DNA of 64,000 nt from an uncultured Gammaproteobacteria bacterium (GTDB taxonomy: Bacteria; Patescibacteriota; Patescibacteriia; UBA9934; GWF2-40-263): contig CAYNRK010000002.1 in NCBI GenBank assembly GCA_964399675.1, positions 46,982 to 110,981 of the forward strand. The letters are read 5' to 3'. The position numbers were made by a program, and so were the translations under genes. Of the stretch, positions 1 through 10,627 are shown one piece after another (position 1 is the first letter of the stretch; the number at the start of each line of letters is the position of its first letter). A model generated the notes under the pieces. It was not told the DNA's origin. It ran no database searches and worked only from the letters and a program-made list of their open reading frames with translations.

Positions 1-411
1 CCAAAACCGTTTGCTCTTGAAAAAGGCTTTACATTAAAATTCAATGACTTAATTATAAAAGGTCGAATCGATAGAATTGACACGTTTGAAGATGGCTTTG
101 AGATTATTGATTATAAAACAGGAAAATCAAAACTGGATAAAGATTTAAAAAAAACCGACAAAGAACAGTTGTTTCTTTATCAACTGGCTGCAAAGGAAAT
201 CCTGGGGCTTAAGCCGAAAAAATTAACGTTTCATTACCTTGAAAACAATTCAACTGTTTCGTTTCTTGCAACTGATGAGGAACTTTCTGAATTAAAAGCT
301 AGTGTTACAAAAAGGGTAGAGGGGATTCGTTCAAGCGAGTTTCATCCAACCCCTGGCTTTCATTGTAAATTTTGTGACTTTAAAGATATTTGTGAATTCG
401 CTCAGTCGTAG
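1..411 (+). CDS. C-terminal PD-(D/E)XK (RecB-like) nuclease domain, probably of a UvrD/AddA-type helicase-nuclease; 5'-partial
   Basis: Frame 1 is open from base 1: ALEKGF...IKGRIDRID...IIDYKTG...QLFLYQLA...CKFCDFKDIC. Confidence 0.85.
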   Translation, partial: PKPFALEKGFTLKFNDLIIKGRIDRIDTFEDGFEIIDYKTGKSKLDKDLKKTDKEQLFLYQLAAKEILGLKPKKLTFHYLENNSTVSFLATDEELSELKASVTKRVEGIRSSEFHPTPGFHCKFCDFKDICEFAQS

Positions 412-417
412 TAAACT

Positions 418-741
418 ATGGATGATCTTTCTCCAATGAAAAATTTGCTGGGTGGCGCAATGGACAGAGCTGGAATTAAATCACAGCTTCATTCAACCAG
501 AGTTGTGCAAGCAGCTAATGATGTTATTGTTAAACTATTACCTGAATCTTGCGAAAACGATGCTCGCGCGATTTCTTTTCGAAAAGGCATCTTGTCTATT
601 GAAACACTGACATCTTCTGCAAGTCACTTTCTTGGCTCAAAACAAGAAGACTTAATTAGAAAAATTTCCGATCAGGTTCCACAAACCAACATTGCAAAAA
701 TTCGATTTCGAGTTGTCAAAAATTTTCCATCTGACTTATGA
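418..741 (+). CDS. DUF721/DciA-family protein
   Basis: 107 aa; RAISFRKGILSI...KIRFRV pattern typical of DciA/DUF721. Confidence 0.65.
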   Translation: MDDLSPMKNLLGGAMDRAGIKSQLHSTRVVQAANDVIVKLLPESCENDARAISFRKGILSIETLTSSASHFLGSKQEDLIRKISDQVPQTNIAKIRFRVVKNFPSDL

Positions 742-1118
742 CATTTCGTTTCTATCTATTCATAATGACTCTTGCAACAGTTGCGGCATGGATTGCCTGG
801 GTCATTGTCATAAACGCAATCGATCCAGTGCGAGCCGGTGTTCTAGGATTCATTCTTTTCTTTGTCACACTTGCCATTGCTCTTATTGGTTCACTTTCAA
901 TTCTTGGAATAGGTATACGAGTTTGGCTAAGACCTGAGGGGTCAATTGCGCGACAAACCAGCCGCTCTGTAAGACATGCGGTCTTATTAACTCTGTTGTT
1001 TTCCTTGTCGCTTTTATTGGCTTCAAACGGACTTCTAAGATGGTGGATCGTGCTTTTGACTGTATTTACTATTACTCTTGCTGAACTCGCCTTTATCACA
1101 CATGAGAAGGTTCGTTGA
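738..1118 (+). CDS. Hypothetical 4-TM membrane protein
   Basis: Four hydrophobic segments; ATGA overlap with the upstream gene. Confidence 0.75.
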   Translation: MTFRFYLFIMTLATVAAWIAWVIVINAIDPVRAGVLGFILFFVTLAIALIGSLSILGIGIRVWLRPEGSIARQTSRSVRHAVLLTLLFSLSLLLASNGLLRWWIVLLTVFTITLAELAFITHEKVR

Positions 1119-1210
1119 ACACTAAATATATTCACAAAAACCCTTGCCGCAAATGGTAAGTTCGATTAAGATTGGGAGGCGCTAGCGTCCTGTTTTTTTT
1201 AGGACAATCT

Positions 1211-2263
1211 ATGATCAACAAATTTTTAGGAAAATTTTCAAAGGATCTGGGTATTGACCTGGGGACATCAAACACGCTCGTCTATTCAAAAGAGGGGGGC
1301 ATTGTTATCAATGAACCATCAATTGTGGCAATTAACACTCGGACGGATCAAATTTTGGCTGTTGGGAAAAATGCCAAAGACATGCTTGGAAAAACTCCGC
1401 CACACATTAAAATTTCAAAGCCTTTAAAACAAGCAATCATTTCAGATTTTGAAGTAACAGAAAAAATGTTGAAATACTTTATTGATAAAGTGCACACAGA
1501 ATCATTCACAATTATTCCCAGACCGCGCATTGTTATTGGCGCACCACTTGAGACAACAGAAGTTGAACGCAAAGCTATTGAAGACGCAGCTTTGTCTGCT
1601 GGGGCCAGACAAGTTTTTCTTGTAGAGAATCCAATGCTGGCCGCACTTGGTGCGCGTCTTCCACTTTCTGAATCAATTGGGACAATGATTGTTGATATGG
1701 GGGGTGGAACAACTGAAATCGCTGTTATGTCGCTTGCCGGTGTTGTTACATGGAAGTCATTGCCAATAGCAGGAAACGAACTGAACAAAAATATTATTCA
1801 TTACGCGCGCGACATCTTTAATCTTCTTCTTGGTGAGCGTGTTGCAGAACGGATTAAAATGCGAATCGGAAGCGTTACTGAACAAGAAGAACCTCTTGAG
1901 ATTGAAATGCGTGGTCGCGATCTTCTTACAGGACTTCCAAAAGAAATTATTATCAATGACTCACAAATAAGGGAAGCCATGCATCATTCAGTTAGAACAA
2001 TAGTTGATAATATTAAAGCAACACTTGAACGCACCCCGCCTGAACTTGTGGCTGATATCTATGAAAGAGGTATTGTGCTTACAGGAGGTGGCGCACTTCT
2101 CCGTGGAATGGATAAACTAATCAGTAAACAAGCAGCTATTCCAGTTCGTATTTCCGATGACCCATTAACTGCTGTTGTGCGAGGAGCTGGTATTTTACTT
2201 GATAATGAAGAACTGCTTTCAGACATAAGCCTTCCATCAGCAAGTGAAGGAGGAATTATTTAA
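1211..2263 (+). CDS. mreB: Rod shape-determining protein MreB
   Basis: DLGIDLGTSNT, DMGGGTTE and LTGGGALL actin-ATPase motifs; start moved to ATG 1211 after AGGA. Confidence 0.97.
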   Translation: MINKFLGKFSKDLGIDLGTSNTLVYSKEGGIVINEPSIVAINTRTDQILAVGKNAKDMLGKTPPHIKISKPLKQAIISDFEVTEKMLKYFIDKVHTESFTIIPRPRIVIGAPLETTEVERKAIEDAALSAGARQVFLVENPMLAALGARLPLSESIGTMIVDMGGGTTEIAVMSLAGVVTWKSLPIAGNELNKNIIHYARDIFNLLLGERVAERIKMRIGSVTEQEEPLEIEMRGRDLLTGLPKEIIINDSQIREAMHHSVRTIVDNIKATLERTPPELVADIYERGIVLTGGGALLRGMDKLISKQAAIPVRISDDPLTAVVRGAGILLDNEELLSDISLPSASEGGII

Positions 2264-2277
2264 TAATGGAACTTTAT

Positions 2278-2382
2278 GTCATCCCGAGCGAAGGCCCGTC
2301 CGACGGGCCGAAGCCGAGGGATCTCGAATATTGAAAACGTAATTCGAGATTTCTCCACTCGCTGTGCTCGGTCGAAATGACA
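2278..2382. repeat. Inverted pair of GTCAT(C/T)-(C/G)CGAG palindromic repeats (REP-like)
   Basis: gtcatcccgagcgaaggcccgtccgacgggccgaagccgagggatctcg followed by an inverted related copy; near-identical reverse copy at 16583-16632. Confidence 0.8.
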
Positions 2383-2390
2383 AAAAAAAT

Positions 2391-3170
2391 ATGAAAACGA
2401 AACGAATACCCGTGCTCATTGTCGTTTCAATTCTCTTGGTTGTTTTTATTATTTTTAGAGGGGCAGTCGGTTCTCTTTTTGGAATTTTTCAATCACCACT
2501 AGCATCTTTTGGAACGGTTATAAACTCCACTCTTTCAAATTTTTTCGCATCAAAAACAATCACAGAAGACGAACTCGCATCTCTTTTTGAAGAACGAAAG
2601 TCTCTTGCGGTTGATAAAGTGGTCTTTGAAAAACTTGTTAAGGAAAACAAGGAGTTAAAAGAACTTTTGCAGTACAAAGGTCGCGAATCAGGTTCAATAA
2701 TCACAGCATCTATTCTTGCCCGATCGCTCTCTGACACTTCTTCAACTTTCATAATCAACAGAGGAGAAAAAGACGGTTTAATAGGAGGTGAACCGATTAT
2801 TGTTGGAAATGGATTCTTTGTTGGAAAAATCACAAATGTTGGAGAAGCGTCCTCTGTTGTAACCGCGGTCACTGATCCAAACATTGCAACATCAATATCA
2901 CTTTTAAATGAAACTCGAACTATTGGTATTGCAGAAGGTGTAACTGGAAATTTGATTAAGGTTAAATTCATTCCAGACGAGGAGAACGTTAATGTGAATG
3001 ATTTGGTTGTAACCTCAGGTCTTGAGTCCAGGGTGCCTGCAGGTCTTATTGTAGGAATTGTAAATATTGTTAGACCAGATCCAAATGCACCGTTTCAGGA
3101 AGCCGTACTTGAACCACTGGTTGACATGAAACAATTCTCAAACGTGATTATAAGACTACATGAGCTATGA
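2391..3170 (+). CDS. mreC: Rod shape-determining protein MreC
   Basis: N-terminal TM, coiled coil ENKELKELL, INRGEKDG and VVTSG...PAGLIVG; follows mreB. Confidence 0.93.
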   Translation: MKTKRIPVLIVVSILLVVFIIFRGAVGSLFGIFQSPLASFGTVINSTLSNFFASKTITEDELASLFEERKSLAVDKVVFEKLVKENKELKELLQYKGRESGSIITASILARSLSDTSSTFIINRGEKDGLIGGEPIIVGNGFFVGKITNVGEASSVVTAVTDPNIATSISLLNETRTIGIAEGVTGNLIKVKFIPDEENVNVNDLVVTSGLESRVPAGLIVGIVNIVRPDPNAPFQEAVLEPLVDMKQFSNVIIRLHEL

Positions 3171-3700
3171 CGCGTCATATCATCAGTTTTCTTCTTTTTC
3201 TTATACTCTTCATAATTGAGATTAGTTTTTTTTCTTCTTTACCATATCCGATTTCGTTAACACCACTTGTCTTTGCAAGCTCGGTTTATTTACTTCAGCA
3301 TCAAGATGTAAATAGTACAGTGCTCTGGCTTTTTTTCTATGGAATAGGGCTTTCAATATTTCATTTGAATATTGCACCTTTTGAACCCGTGAGCTATTCC
3401 ATTGCAGCGCTTGTGGCCTTTTTTAGTGCTAAACATATTTTCTCCAATCGATCATTTTATGGAGTCTGTGCCTGTCTTCTTAGCAGTTATGTAGCGCTCT
3501 TTATTATGCAAACCTTGTTCGTTTTCATCCAAACCGGAACATCACACAAAATAATTCATTGGGGTACTTTTTTTCAATTTCAGTCTGTCAGATTGCTCAT
3601 GATGCTTATTTTAATCTTCATATTTTTCCCCCTTGCCGGACGCATTAAAAAAATACTTATAAAAACATTCTTGCTTTCAGAACAACAACGGACTTATTAA
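3167..3700 (+). CDS. MreD-like membrane protein
   Basis: Polytopic, 177 aa, located between mreC and pbp2. Confidence 0.65.
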   Translation: MTRHIISFLLFLILFIIEISFFSSLPYPISLTPLVFASSVYLLQHQDVNSTVLWLFFYGIGLSIFHLNIAPFEPVSYSIAALVAFFSAKHIFSNRSFYGVCACLLSSYVALFIMQTLFVFIQTGTSHKIIHWGTFFQFQSVRLLMMLILIFIFFPLAGRIKKILIKTFLLSEQQRTY

Positions 3701-3708
3701 TTGATCAA

Positions 3709-5664
3709 ATGAAAGATTTCTTCAGACGTAAAAAACGCTCGCAAGTATTCATCGTTCAGGACGATGGTTATTTGGGTAGATTGCATTCTGAAAAGAAAAT
3801 AAACGCTCTAGAGGAAGCCTTTGGGAACTATTCAAGAGACAAGACCGTGCATGGACGACATTTTCTTGGATCAACAGTTCCTCAAAAACGTTTGTATGTT
3901 GGTCTTTTTATTTTTAGTGCCATGTGTCTGGCTTTTGTTGGAAGATCTGCTCAGTTACAAATTGTCCGTGGTGAGCATTACAGCGCTTTGGCTGAAGAAA
4001 ATCGTTATCACACAGAATTTATCATTTCTCCTCGAGGCATGATTTCAGATCGAACCGGAAAAATGTTAGCTCACAATATCCCTTCGTTTCTTCTTGCAAT
4101 GAACGTTTCCGAGATTCCAGATAATGAAAACAAGCGTAATGAAATTTTTGAAAAAATTGTTGAACTGACCGGATTACAAAGAACAGATATTGATCTTGCA
4201 ATTACCCAGTACTCTAAAACACCCTACTCATATGTTCCTATTACAAAAGACCTTTCATATGATGTGGCAATGAGGCTTGCGGTTGAAACAGCGGCTCTTC
4301 CAGGTTTTGAACTCCAATCTTCAGCACAGCGTGAATACGAAAGTTCGTCACGCTCTCTATCACATGTTTTGGGTTACACAGGAAAAATGAATGCACAGGA
4401 TCTTGAAGAACACAAGGATGAATATTATCGACCGGTTGATGAGATAGGGAAGTCAGGTTTAGAGTATTCAGCAGAAAAATTGCTAAGAGGACAACCAGGC
4501 AGGCTGGTTGCAGAAGTTAATGCAAAAGGAAAGCGTCTAAGTGTTGTTGAAAAAGTAGATCCAATTCCTGGAGCACATCTTACACTCAGTATTGACTTGT
4601 CTTTTCAAAAATTTATTGAGACTCGTTTAGCTAAGATGCTAAAAATGCGTGGAGTATCACGAGGATCTGTTGTTGCCATTGATCCACAAACTGGCGGTGT
4701 AAGAGCTCTTGTTAGTTTGCCTGCCTATGACAATAATGATTTCGCAAAGGGAATTGATTCTGAAACCTATCAAAAATTATTAGACAATGAGAATAAACCA
4801 CTTTTTTCCCGAGCTGTTTCCGGTGAATTTCCATCTGGGTCAACGTTTAAACCTTTTGTTGCATACGCAGCCCTTGCTGAAGGAATTGTGAATGAAAACA
4901 CCTCCTTTCTTTCAACAGGAGGGCTTAGAATTAACCAGTGGTATTTCCCTGACTGGAAGGCTGGAGGTCATGGAATAACAAATGTGCGAAAAGCAATTTC
5001 TGAATCAGTGAATACATACTTTTATATTATAAGCGGAGGATTCGATAATATCACAGGACTTGGTGTGGACCGAATAACAGAATACGCAAGTCGGTTTGGT
5101 TTTGGTCAGCCAACAGGAATTAGCTTGCCATCAGAAGCAGATGGTTTTTTACCTTCAAAAGAATGGAAGCAAGAAGTTAAGAGCGAACAATGGTATGTTG
5201 GAGATACGTATCATTTGGGAATCGGTCAAGGAGACTTTTTAACATCGCCTCTTCAAATGGCTGTTGCAACATCAATTATTGCAAACGGTGGAAAAACGTT
5301 TGTGCCGCATATAATTGAAGGGGTTGATGGGACAACTCAGACTGAAGAAATCCAAACTGATTTTACTCCAATGAATCAACTGGATGAACGCTCTCTTAAC
5401 ATTGTGCGTCAAGCCATGCGCGCCACAGTTACAGAAGGAAGCGCAAGATCTCTTTCGTTATTGCCATATGCTGTTGCCGGAAAAACCGGAACCGCCCAAA
5501 CGCCCGGCAACCGACCTTACCATTCCTGGTTCACTGGTTTTGGCCCTTACAATAATCCAGACATCACGCTTGTTGTTCTTATTGAAGAAGGCGGTGAAAG
5601 CAATGATGCCGCTGTCCCTCTTGCACGCGAAATTTTCTCCTGGTGGTTTTTGTATGGGAATTGA
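3709..5664 (+). CDS. mrdA: Penicillin-binding protein 2
   Basis: GSTFK (SxxK), SVN (SxN) and KTGTAQ motifs; mre operon context. Confidence 0.95.
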   Translation: MKDFFRRKKRSQVFIVQDDGYLGRLHSEKKINALEEAFGNYSRDKTVHGRHFLGSTVPQKRLYVGLFIFSAMCLAFVGRSAQLQIVRGEHYSALAEENRYHTEFIISPRGMISDRTGKMLAHNIPSFLLAMNVSEIPDNENKRNEIFEKIVELTGLQRTDIDLAITQYSKTPYSYVPITKDLSYDVAMRLAVETAALPGFELQSSAQREYESSSRSLSHVLGYTGKMNAQDLEEHKDEYYRPVDEIGKSGLEYSAEKLLRGQPGRLVAEVNAKGKRLSVVEKVDPIPGAHLTLSIDLSFQKFIETRLAKMLKMRGVSRGSVVAIDPQTGGVRALVSLPAYDNNDFAKGIDSETYQKLLDNENKPLFSRAVSGEFPSGSTFKPFVAYAALAEGIVNENTSFLSTGGLRINQWYFPDWKAGGHGITNVRKAISESVNTYFYIISGGFDNITGLGVDRITEYASRFGFGQPTGISLPSEADGFLPSKEWKQEVKSEQWYVGDTYHLGIGQGDFLTSPLQMAVATSIIANGGKTFVPHIIEGVDGTTQTEEIQTDFTPMNQLDERSLNIVRQAMRATVTEGSARSLSLLPYAVAGKTGTAQTPGNRPYHSWFTGFGPYNNPDITLVVLIEEGGESNDAAVPLAREIFSWWFLYGN

Positions 5665-5723
5665 GGATACTATAACTTGACAAGGGTAATTTTGAACGGT
5701 AGTCTCAAAAGATCACTATAACT

Positions 5724-6179
5724 ATGCCAACATACATTTCAAAAGAAGGTCTTGAAGACTTGAAAAAGGAATTCGAGAAACGAAAAACAACTGAACGTAA
5801 AAAAATCACGGAACAAATTGCTGCAGCAAAAGAGCTTGGTGATTTGTCTGAAAATTTTGAATACCATGAAGCAAAAGAACAGCAAGGCTTAAACGAGTCC
5901 AGGATTCTTCAGCTTGAGGCAATGATTTTGGATTCAGTAATTGTTGAAGAAACGCGCGGCAGTGAAGCTGTCACTTTAGGGGTTACATTTAAGGTAGAAA
6001 TAAATGGAGCAGAAAAAACATACTCAATGGTTGGATCAAGTGAAGCAGATCCATTGAAAGGAAAAATCAGTAATGAATCACCAATTGGAAAAGCCTTTAT
6101 GGGCGCAAAGGTGGGGGATATGATTGAAGTCGAGGTTCCATCCGGGACTATGACATACAAGATCGTTGGTATTGAGTGA
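5724..6179 (+). CDS. greA: Transcription elongation factor GreA
   Basis: GDLSENFEY and ISNESPIGKA motifs; TTGACA-17-TAGTCT upstream at 5677-5705. Confidence 0.96.
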   Translation: MPTYISKEGLEDLKKEFEKRKTTERKKITEQIAAAKELGDLSENFEYHEAKEQQGLNESRILQLEAMILDSVIVEETRGSEAVTLGVTFKVEINGAEKTYSMVGSSEADPLKGKISNESPIGKAFMGAKVGDMIEVEVPSGTMTYKIVGIE

Positions 6180-6244
6180 CGTTGACATTAGAGAGAAAAA
6201 TTAGGTAAAATACGGCATATTTTTGACTGTATTTTTTTTATTTT

Positions 6245-7723
6245 ATGATAGAAGAAGAATCAGCACGGCTTTCGCGATTGGAGAAATTACGAGCCAGCGG
6301 AGTTAATCCTTATCCAAACAGCGCAAGCCGAACACACACAATTACTGAATATTTGAAGGCTTTTGATAAACTTGAAAATAAAAAGAAAGAAGTGACTTTG
6401 GTTGGTCGACTTCGACTTATCCGAAAGCACGGAGGGCTTACTTTTGCACAGCTTCAAGATCAATCAGGAGTCGTACAGTTGGTGCTTAGAAAAGATAATC
6501 TTAACGAGGAGGTTTACTCCTTTTTTCACGACACAATTGACATTGGTGATTTTGTTGAAGTAGCAGGCAAGGCTTTTATAACAAAAAAAGGCGAGCAGTC
6601 GCTTGATGTTGATTCTTACAAATTAGTTAGTAAAACCGTTTTACCGCTTCCTGAAAAATGGCACGGACTGACTGACACAGAAGCACGCTTTAGAAAACGA
6701 TACCTGGATCTCATCATGAATGAGGATGTAAAAAATCGAATGCTTGTTCGTTCGAAAATTATTTCTTCAATTCGAAAACTGCTTGATGACAGAGGATTCC
6801 TCGAAATTGAAACACCAACGCTCCAACCTGTTTACGGTGGGGGATATGCTCGTCCATTTACAACTCATCACAATGCACTGGACGCAGATTTCTTTTTACG
6901 TATTTCAGATGAGATGTATTTGAAACGTTGTTTGGTTGGGGGAATGGAAAAAGTTTATGAGATCACAAAAGTTTTCCGAAACGAAGGTGTTGATAAAGAT
7001 CACAACCCAGAATTCACAATGTTTGAAGCTCAAATTTCTTTTGAAGACTATAACTATGGCATGGATCTTTTTGAGGAGATCTTTGAGCATGCTGCAAAAG
7101 AAGCTGTTGGCAGCACCAGTATTAAACATGAAAAGGTAACACTTGAATTTAAACGACCGTGGAAACGAATTCGCTTAATGGACTCTGTTAAAGAACTGGG
7201 TGGTATTGACGAAAGTGTTTGGGATGATCTTAAAAAAGCCAAAACCGCTGTTAAAGAAAAACTTGGTCCAAAATCAAAAGAAGATTTGGATACAATGAAT
7301 TCCATTGGTGAAGTAATGGCGTACGCTTTTGAAGAGCTTGTTGAGGAACAATTAATCCAACCAACAATCGTTTACGATTATCCAGTTGAAGTTTCTCCGC
7401 TTGCAAAAAAAAGTGAGGATGAACGTTTTACAGAGCGGTTTGAGGCGTTTGCAATGGGTATGGAATTAGGAAATAACTACTCAGAACTCAATGATCCAGT
7501 TGATCTGGAAAAACGTTTTATTGAAGAAAAAAAGCGAGAAGCTGCTGGATTTGATGAAGCTCACCAAACTGACCATGATTATCTTGATGCAATAAAGCAT
7601 GGCATGCCGCCAGCATGTGGTCTGGGAATTGGAGTTGATCGAATGATCATGATGCTCACAGGAGCTAAAAATATCAAAGAGGTAATTTTGTTCCCAACAC
7701 TTAGACCGAAAGTAGAGGTATAA
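6245..7723 (+). CDS. lysS: Lysine-tRNA ligase (class II)
   Basis: PLPEKWHGL, FRNEG..HNPEFTM and GMPPACGLGIGVDR. Confidence 0.97.
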   Translation: MIEEESARLSRLEKLRASGVNPYPNSASRTHTITEYLKAFDKLENKKKEVTLVGRLRLIRKHGGLTFAQLQDQSGVVQLVLRKDNLNEEVYSFFHDTIDIGDFVEVAGKAFITKKGEQSLDVDSYKLVSKTVLPLPEKWHGLTDTEARFRKRYLDLIMNEDVKNRMLVRSKIISSIRKLLDDRGFLEIETPTLQPVYGGGYARPFTTHHNALDADFFLRISDEMYLKRCLVGGMEKVYEITKVFRNEGVDKDHNPEFTMFEAQISFEDYNYGMDLFEEIFEHAAKEAVGSTSIKHEKVTLEFKRPWKRIRLMDSVKELGGIDESVWDDLKKAKTAVKEKLGPKSKEDLDTMNSIGEVMAYAFEELVEEQLIQPTIVYDYPVEVSPLAKKSEDERFTERFEAFAMGMELGNNYSELNDPVDLEKRFIEEKKREAAGFDEAHQTDHDYLDAIKHGMPPACGLGIGVDRMIMMLTGAKNIKEVILFPTLRPKVEV

Positions 7724-7725
7724 AA

Positions 7726-7805
7726 ATTGATAGAAACAAAGTTGAAATATGTGGAAATAAAGTTGTGTTCAACTTATTTCAATCTATTTCTACATATTTC
7801 TACAA
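7726..7805. repeat. Inverted array of ~10-nt TAGAAATA-like tandem units
   Basis: tagaaacaaa/gttgaaatat/gtggaaataa then tatttcaatc/tatttctaca/tatttctaca; related copy at 56253-56337. Confidence 0.6.
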
Positions 7806-7810
7806 AAATT

Positions 7811-8185
7811 ATGAACCAAAAGCGCATTCTTGTCTTTGGAACATTTGATAAACTACACGCAGGCCATTTGTTTTTTCTAAAACAAGCAAAAGCTTGTGGA
7901 ACTCAACTTATAGTTGGTGTTGCGCGCGACTCACAAACCAAACTCTTAAAAGGCACAGTTACGGAAAATTCAGAAAAAGTTAGAAAGGAAAAGATTGACG
8001 CACTCAAGTTTGTTTATGAATCATTTTTGTGTGATAAAGAACTTGGTGGTTATCAAATTCTTCAAAAGGCAAGGCCGGACATGGTCGTTGTTGGACATGA
8101 TCAAAAAGATCTGGCTGTTAGTCTAATGGCGTGGATGAAAAAAAATGATTCTTATCTACCTATTCAACAAATTAAAAAATTATGA
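7811..8185 (+). CDS. Cytidyltransferase-family protein (FAD synthase-like)
   Basis: FGTFDKLHAGH (HxGH) motif and GVARD; ATG 7811 preferred because the ORF extension lies in a repeat. Confidence 0.8.
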   Translation: MNQKRILVFGTFDKLHAGHLFFLKQAKACGTQLIVGVARDSQTKLLKGTVTENSEKVRKEKIDALKFVYESFLCDKELGGYQILQKARPDMVVVGHDQKDLAVSLMAWMKKNDSYLPIQQIKKL

Positions 8186-8625
8186 AACCAGTTGAAGAGG
8201 TTCCTATTGTCATTGGAATCGTTGAGCGTGGTGATAAAATTCTTTTATTACAGAGAATGGACAAAAATCCAATTTGGGATAAAAAATGGGAATTTCCTGG
8301 AGGTAAAATCGATGATGGGGAAGAGGCACAGGTTGCAGCCAAACGAGAAATAGAGGAAGAGACTGGACTTAGTATTTCTAATTTAAACTTTGTTGGAAAG
8401 CATGTTCACGACTGGGATCTGGAAGAGAAAACTTTGCGCGTTCACATTCACTGCTTTCATTGTAAGGCTCATGATGGGGAAGTGGTTATTGAAACAGACA
8501 AGGCTTATCAATACAAATGGGATACAGTTGAGAACGCGACAAAATATGACACACTAGAAGCCAATGCATTTCTTTTAAAAACACTTTTTGCGGCTTATCA
8601 TGAAAAATGTCAGAACTTGGGTTGA
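8182..8625 (+). CDS. NUDIX hydrolase (MutT-like)
   Basis: WEFPGGKIDDGEEAQVAAKREIEEETGL Nudix box. Confidence 0.92.
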   Translation: MKPVEEVPIVIGIVERGDKILLLQRMDKNPIWDKKWEFPGGKIDDGEEAQVAAKREIEEETGLSISNLNFVGKHVHDWDLEEKTLRVHIHCFHCKAHDGEVVIETDKAYQYKWDTVENATKYDTLEANAFLLKTLFAAYHEKCQNLG

Positions 8626-9739
8626 GGTGGATAAAAAGGCCCTAAAACAAAATATCGATCTGTTGCGTTCCATGTTAAGAGATGGGGCGCGTTTTTGTGC
8701 GGTAGTAAAGGCAAACGCTTACGGTCATGGCCTTAAAGAAGTAAGTCAGATTTGTCACAACAATGGAGTTGATGCGTTTGCTGTTGACGACGTAGATGAC
8801 GCGCTTTTTTTAAAAGAAAAATATCCATCAAGCTTGATCATGGTCCTTGGTTACACAATGCTGGATAGGCTTGAAGAGGCTGTTGTAGCAGGTTTAGTGC
8901 TTACTGTTTACGACAAAGAGCATATTCAAAAATTACAAGCCATAGGAACAAAGTGTGCTAAAACAGCGCTTATTAACCTAAAAATTGAAACCGGCACATC
9001 CAGACAAGGTATACTCGAAGATGAGTTAAAAGACATTCTGGATCTTGTTTCTAAATCGCAACATGTCAAACTTGTAGGTGTTTCCACACACTTTGCTAAT
9101 ATAGAAGACACAACATCTCCTCAGTACGCAACTTTGCAATTTGGAAAATTTCAGCAAGCTTGCACGCGCATAACAGAGGCTGGATTTACTCCAGAGCTTA
9201 TTCACTGCACATGTTCTGCTGCCATTCTTCTTTATCCACAAACACACGGAACGCTTGTTCGTGCAGGCATATCGCTTTATGGAATTTGGCCATCAGAAAT
9301 TATTGAGCAAACTTTACGAAAACAATATGTTACCTGTAATCTAAAACCGGTTCTAACCTGGAAATCAAGAATCGCTCAGATTAAAACACTGCCAATGGGA
9401 ACACCGATAAGTTATGGTCTTACAGAAATATTAAAAAAGAGAAGTCGCATTGCAATTGTGCCGGTTGGATATTGGGATGGTTATGACAGAGGGCTTTCGT
9501 CAACCGGAGAAGTTTTAGTAAGTGGTTATCGATGCAAAGTTCTGGGTCGCGTTTGCATGAATATGATCGTGGTTGATGTATCAGATGTACCTGAACCAAC
9601 TATTGAGCAAGAAGTTATACTAATTGGGCAATCTGGACGTCAACGCATTACAGCTTATGATATTGCTTTAAAAACACAAACCATCGCATACGAAGTTACC
9701 ACAAAAATAAACCCATCTCTACCAAGAGTCGTTGTATGA
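8600..9739 (+). CDS. alr: Alanine racemase
   Basis: AVVKANAYGHG, VPVGYWDG and GRVCMN. Confidence 0.95.
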   Translation: MKNVRTWVEVDKKALKQNIDLLRSMLRDGARFCAVVKANAYGHGLKEVSQICHNNGVDAFAVDDVDDALFLKEKYPSSLIMVLGYTMLDRLEEAVVAGLVLTVYDKEHIQKLQAIGTKCAKTALINLKIETGTSRQGILEDELKDILDLVSKSQHVKLVGVSTHFANIEDTTSPQYATLQFGKFQQACTRITEAGFTPELIHCTCSAAILLYPQTHGTLVRAGISLYGIWPSEIIEQTLRKQYVTCNLKPVLTWKSRIAQIKTLPMGTPISYGLTEILKKRSRIAIVPVGYWDGYDRGLSSTGEVLVSGYRCKVLGRVCMNMIVVDVSDVPEPTIEQEVILIGQSGRQRITAYDIALKTQTIAYEVTTKINPSLPRVVV

Positions 9740-10614
9740 GGCGAAGAGATTTTTTCAAACGCACACAAAGAAAACGATATGTAAGAGGGGATTATCAAAA
9801 TCCTTATTTTCAAGATAAGCAACAAATTTCCTGGAAACATCTTTTCGCAATTGGCGCAGGTGTTGTTGGAGTAATAGTTATCACTGTTCTGTTTCTATCT
9901 CACCCTCGATTTGTAATTCGTTCGGTTGCTGTAAAAGGCATTGTGCATATTGATGAAAATGAATTTGAATCAATTATCCGCGAATACCTTGGATCAAGAA
10001 AGGTTCTTTTTTTCAAAAAAACAAATCGTTTTATTTTTACCCCAGACCCACTTCAAGAATTACTTGAGGAATCTTTTGCTTTTGAAAATATTTTGGTTAA
10101 CCAAAAAGGAACTGAGATCGTAATTAATTTAAAAGAACGAACATCTCATTTGATTTGGAAAACCTACAATACTTTTTATCTTGTTGATTTGAACGGTGTT
10201 GTGAGTCGTGAGCTTACAAATGAAGAATTAAACCTTTTAAAGGAGGATATTGAAGATAAGGCGCTTACAACCTTGCCGTTTATTCGGTCACTTCCTGTTA
10301 TTGTTGATCGAAACAACATTGAAATAACCATTGGTTCAGAAGTTCTTACACCAGTTGAAATCGAAAATGCTTTTCGTTTCCATAAACATTTGAGTGCGCA
10401 AAACATTTCTTTTATTTCAACAGAAATTGATCGATTAGCAGGGAAGTGGAGTGGGGTTGTAACAAAGGAGGGGTATCGAATTCTGTTTGATCTAAGCGCT
10501 GATATTGATGAACAAGCAGAACGACTTGAAACCATTCTTAAAGAACGTGAAGAAGATAAAGTGATAGAGGAGTATGTTGATCTGCGGTTCGGTGATCATG
10601 TGTACATCAAATAA
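9736..10614 (+). CDS. FtsQ/DivIB-like cell division protein
   Basis: Basic N-terminus, single TM, POTRA-like segment, C-terminal EYVDLRFGD. Confidence 0.75.
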   Translation: MRRRDFFKRTQRKRYVRGDYQNPYFQDKQQISWKHLFAIGAGVVGVIVITVLFLSHPRFVIRSVAVKGIVHIDENEFESIIREYLGSRKVLFFKKTNRFIFTPDPLQELLEESFAFENILVNQKGTEIVINLKERTSHLIWKTYNTFYLVDLNGVVSRELTNEELNLLKEDIEDKALTTLPFIRSLPVIVDRNNIEITIGSEVLTPVEIENAFRFHKHLSAQNISFISTEIDRLAGKWSGVVTKEGYRILFDLSADIDEQAERLETILKEREEDKVIEEYVDLRFGDHVYIK

Positions 10615-10627
10615 CTTGTGTCTTCGC

